Shown here: piece by piece, positions 63,901 to 64,000 of the stretch
Position numbering within the stretch: the first letter of the stretch is position 1
Layout: every line of letters begins with the position of its first letter
Source: Eledone cirrhosa
Lineage: Eukaryota
Assembly (NCBI GenBank): GCA_964016885.1
Contig: OZ024743.1
Span: forward strand, 354,516,001-354,580,000
Direction of reading: 5' to 3'
DNA length: 64,000 nucleotides
Program-made: the position numbers and the translations under genes
The notes under the pieces: generated by a model
What the model saw: the letters and a program-made list of their open reading frames with translations, nothing else
Told to the model about the DNA's origin: nothing
The model's database searches: none

Positions 63901-64000
63901 GATTGTCCTCATGCTGGTTGTTGTTGGTGGTAGAGATTGAGGCTTTTGTGATTCTGGTAATGGTGATGCTGATGATTGTCCTCATGCTGGTTGTTGTCGG

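Larger units (their letters stand above)
1..64000 (+). repeat. 73-bp tandem satellite array, about 877 head-to-tail monomers in a single orientation, open at both window ends
   Basis: The consensus CATGCTGGTTGTTGTTGGTGGTAGAGATTGAGGTTTTTGTGATTCTGGTAATGGTGATGCTGATGATTGTCCT recurs from position 21 to the end. ORF-track coordinates differ by multiples of 73 minus small indel offsets. Most monomers carry 0-3 substitutions, with occasional 70-, 72- and 74-bp units. Confidence 0.99.
48900..64000 (+). repeat. Composite C/D higher-order repeat, about 2.5 copies (periods 6,417 bp = 88 monomers and 5,760 bp = 79 monomers)
   Basis: Rare markers GATGCCGAT (about 49018, 55435, 61195) and the 72-bp GAGGTTTTGTG unit (about 50741, 57158, 62918) recur at +6417 and +5760. 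D alleles: GTTGTCGG, GAGAATGAGG..TTCCGG, GCTGACGATT, GTGAGGCTG, GAGCTTTT. Confidence 0.9.

Noticed and set aside
1-64000. CRISPR array (73-bp period resembles repeat plus spacer)
   Set aside because: The entire period is conserved. There are no unique spacers, palindromic repeat, leader or cas genes.
1-64000. Tandem tRNA or other structured RNA genes (73 nt is tRNA-sized)
   Set aside because: There is no cloverleaf, TTCRA T-loop or Pol III B box. The strand has only 6 C against 25 G, so little Watson-Crick pairing is possible.
1-64000. Canonical telomere repeats or CENP-B box
   Set aside because: No TTAGGG, TTAGG or TTTAGGG runs. The CENP-B box requires two CpGs, which the consensus lacks.
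1-64000. Apparent selection to preserve the third-position T of the triplet register among variants
   Set aside because: A rough tally gave about a third of distinct alleles hitting those Ts, similar to their share of positions (22/73), so there is no visible constraint.
1-64000. Embedded transposon, unique spacer or inversion within the array
   Set aside because: None was seen reading through. All marker offsets equal n x 73 minus a few bases accounted for by 70/72/74-bp units, leaving no room for insertions.

Overview
The whole 64-kb window is one uninterrupted head-to-tail tandem array (satellite DNA) of a 73-bp monomer, about 877 copies, running off both ends. The + strand consensus is CATGCTGGTTGTTGTTGGTGGTAGAGATTGAGGTTTTTGTGATTCTGGTAATGGTGATGCTGATGATTGTCCT (hand count G25 T31 A11 C6: 77% G+T, 42% GC, no CpG). 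I saw no unique sequence, inversion, transposon, RNA gene, CRISPR spacer or credible protein-coding gene. Every ORF in the track is a translation of the repeat. The information lies in the variants. They define successive subfamily domains (A about 1-24 kb, B about 24-37 kb, C about 34.7-51 kb, C/D composite about 49-64 kb) and nested higher-order duplications from 2 to 88 monomers, including a 5,760-bp near-perfect tandem duplication at the right end. The monomer looks like 24 mostly NNT triplets plus one extra T. Its dimer is 146 bp. Its minus strand has only one stop codon per monomer, overlapping the start as ATGA. It is most likely a eukaryotic centromeric, heterochromatic or (sub)telomeric satellite. 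The organism and function cannot be determined from this window, and all counts were made by eye.
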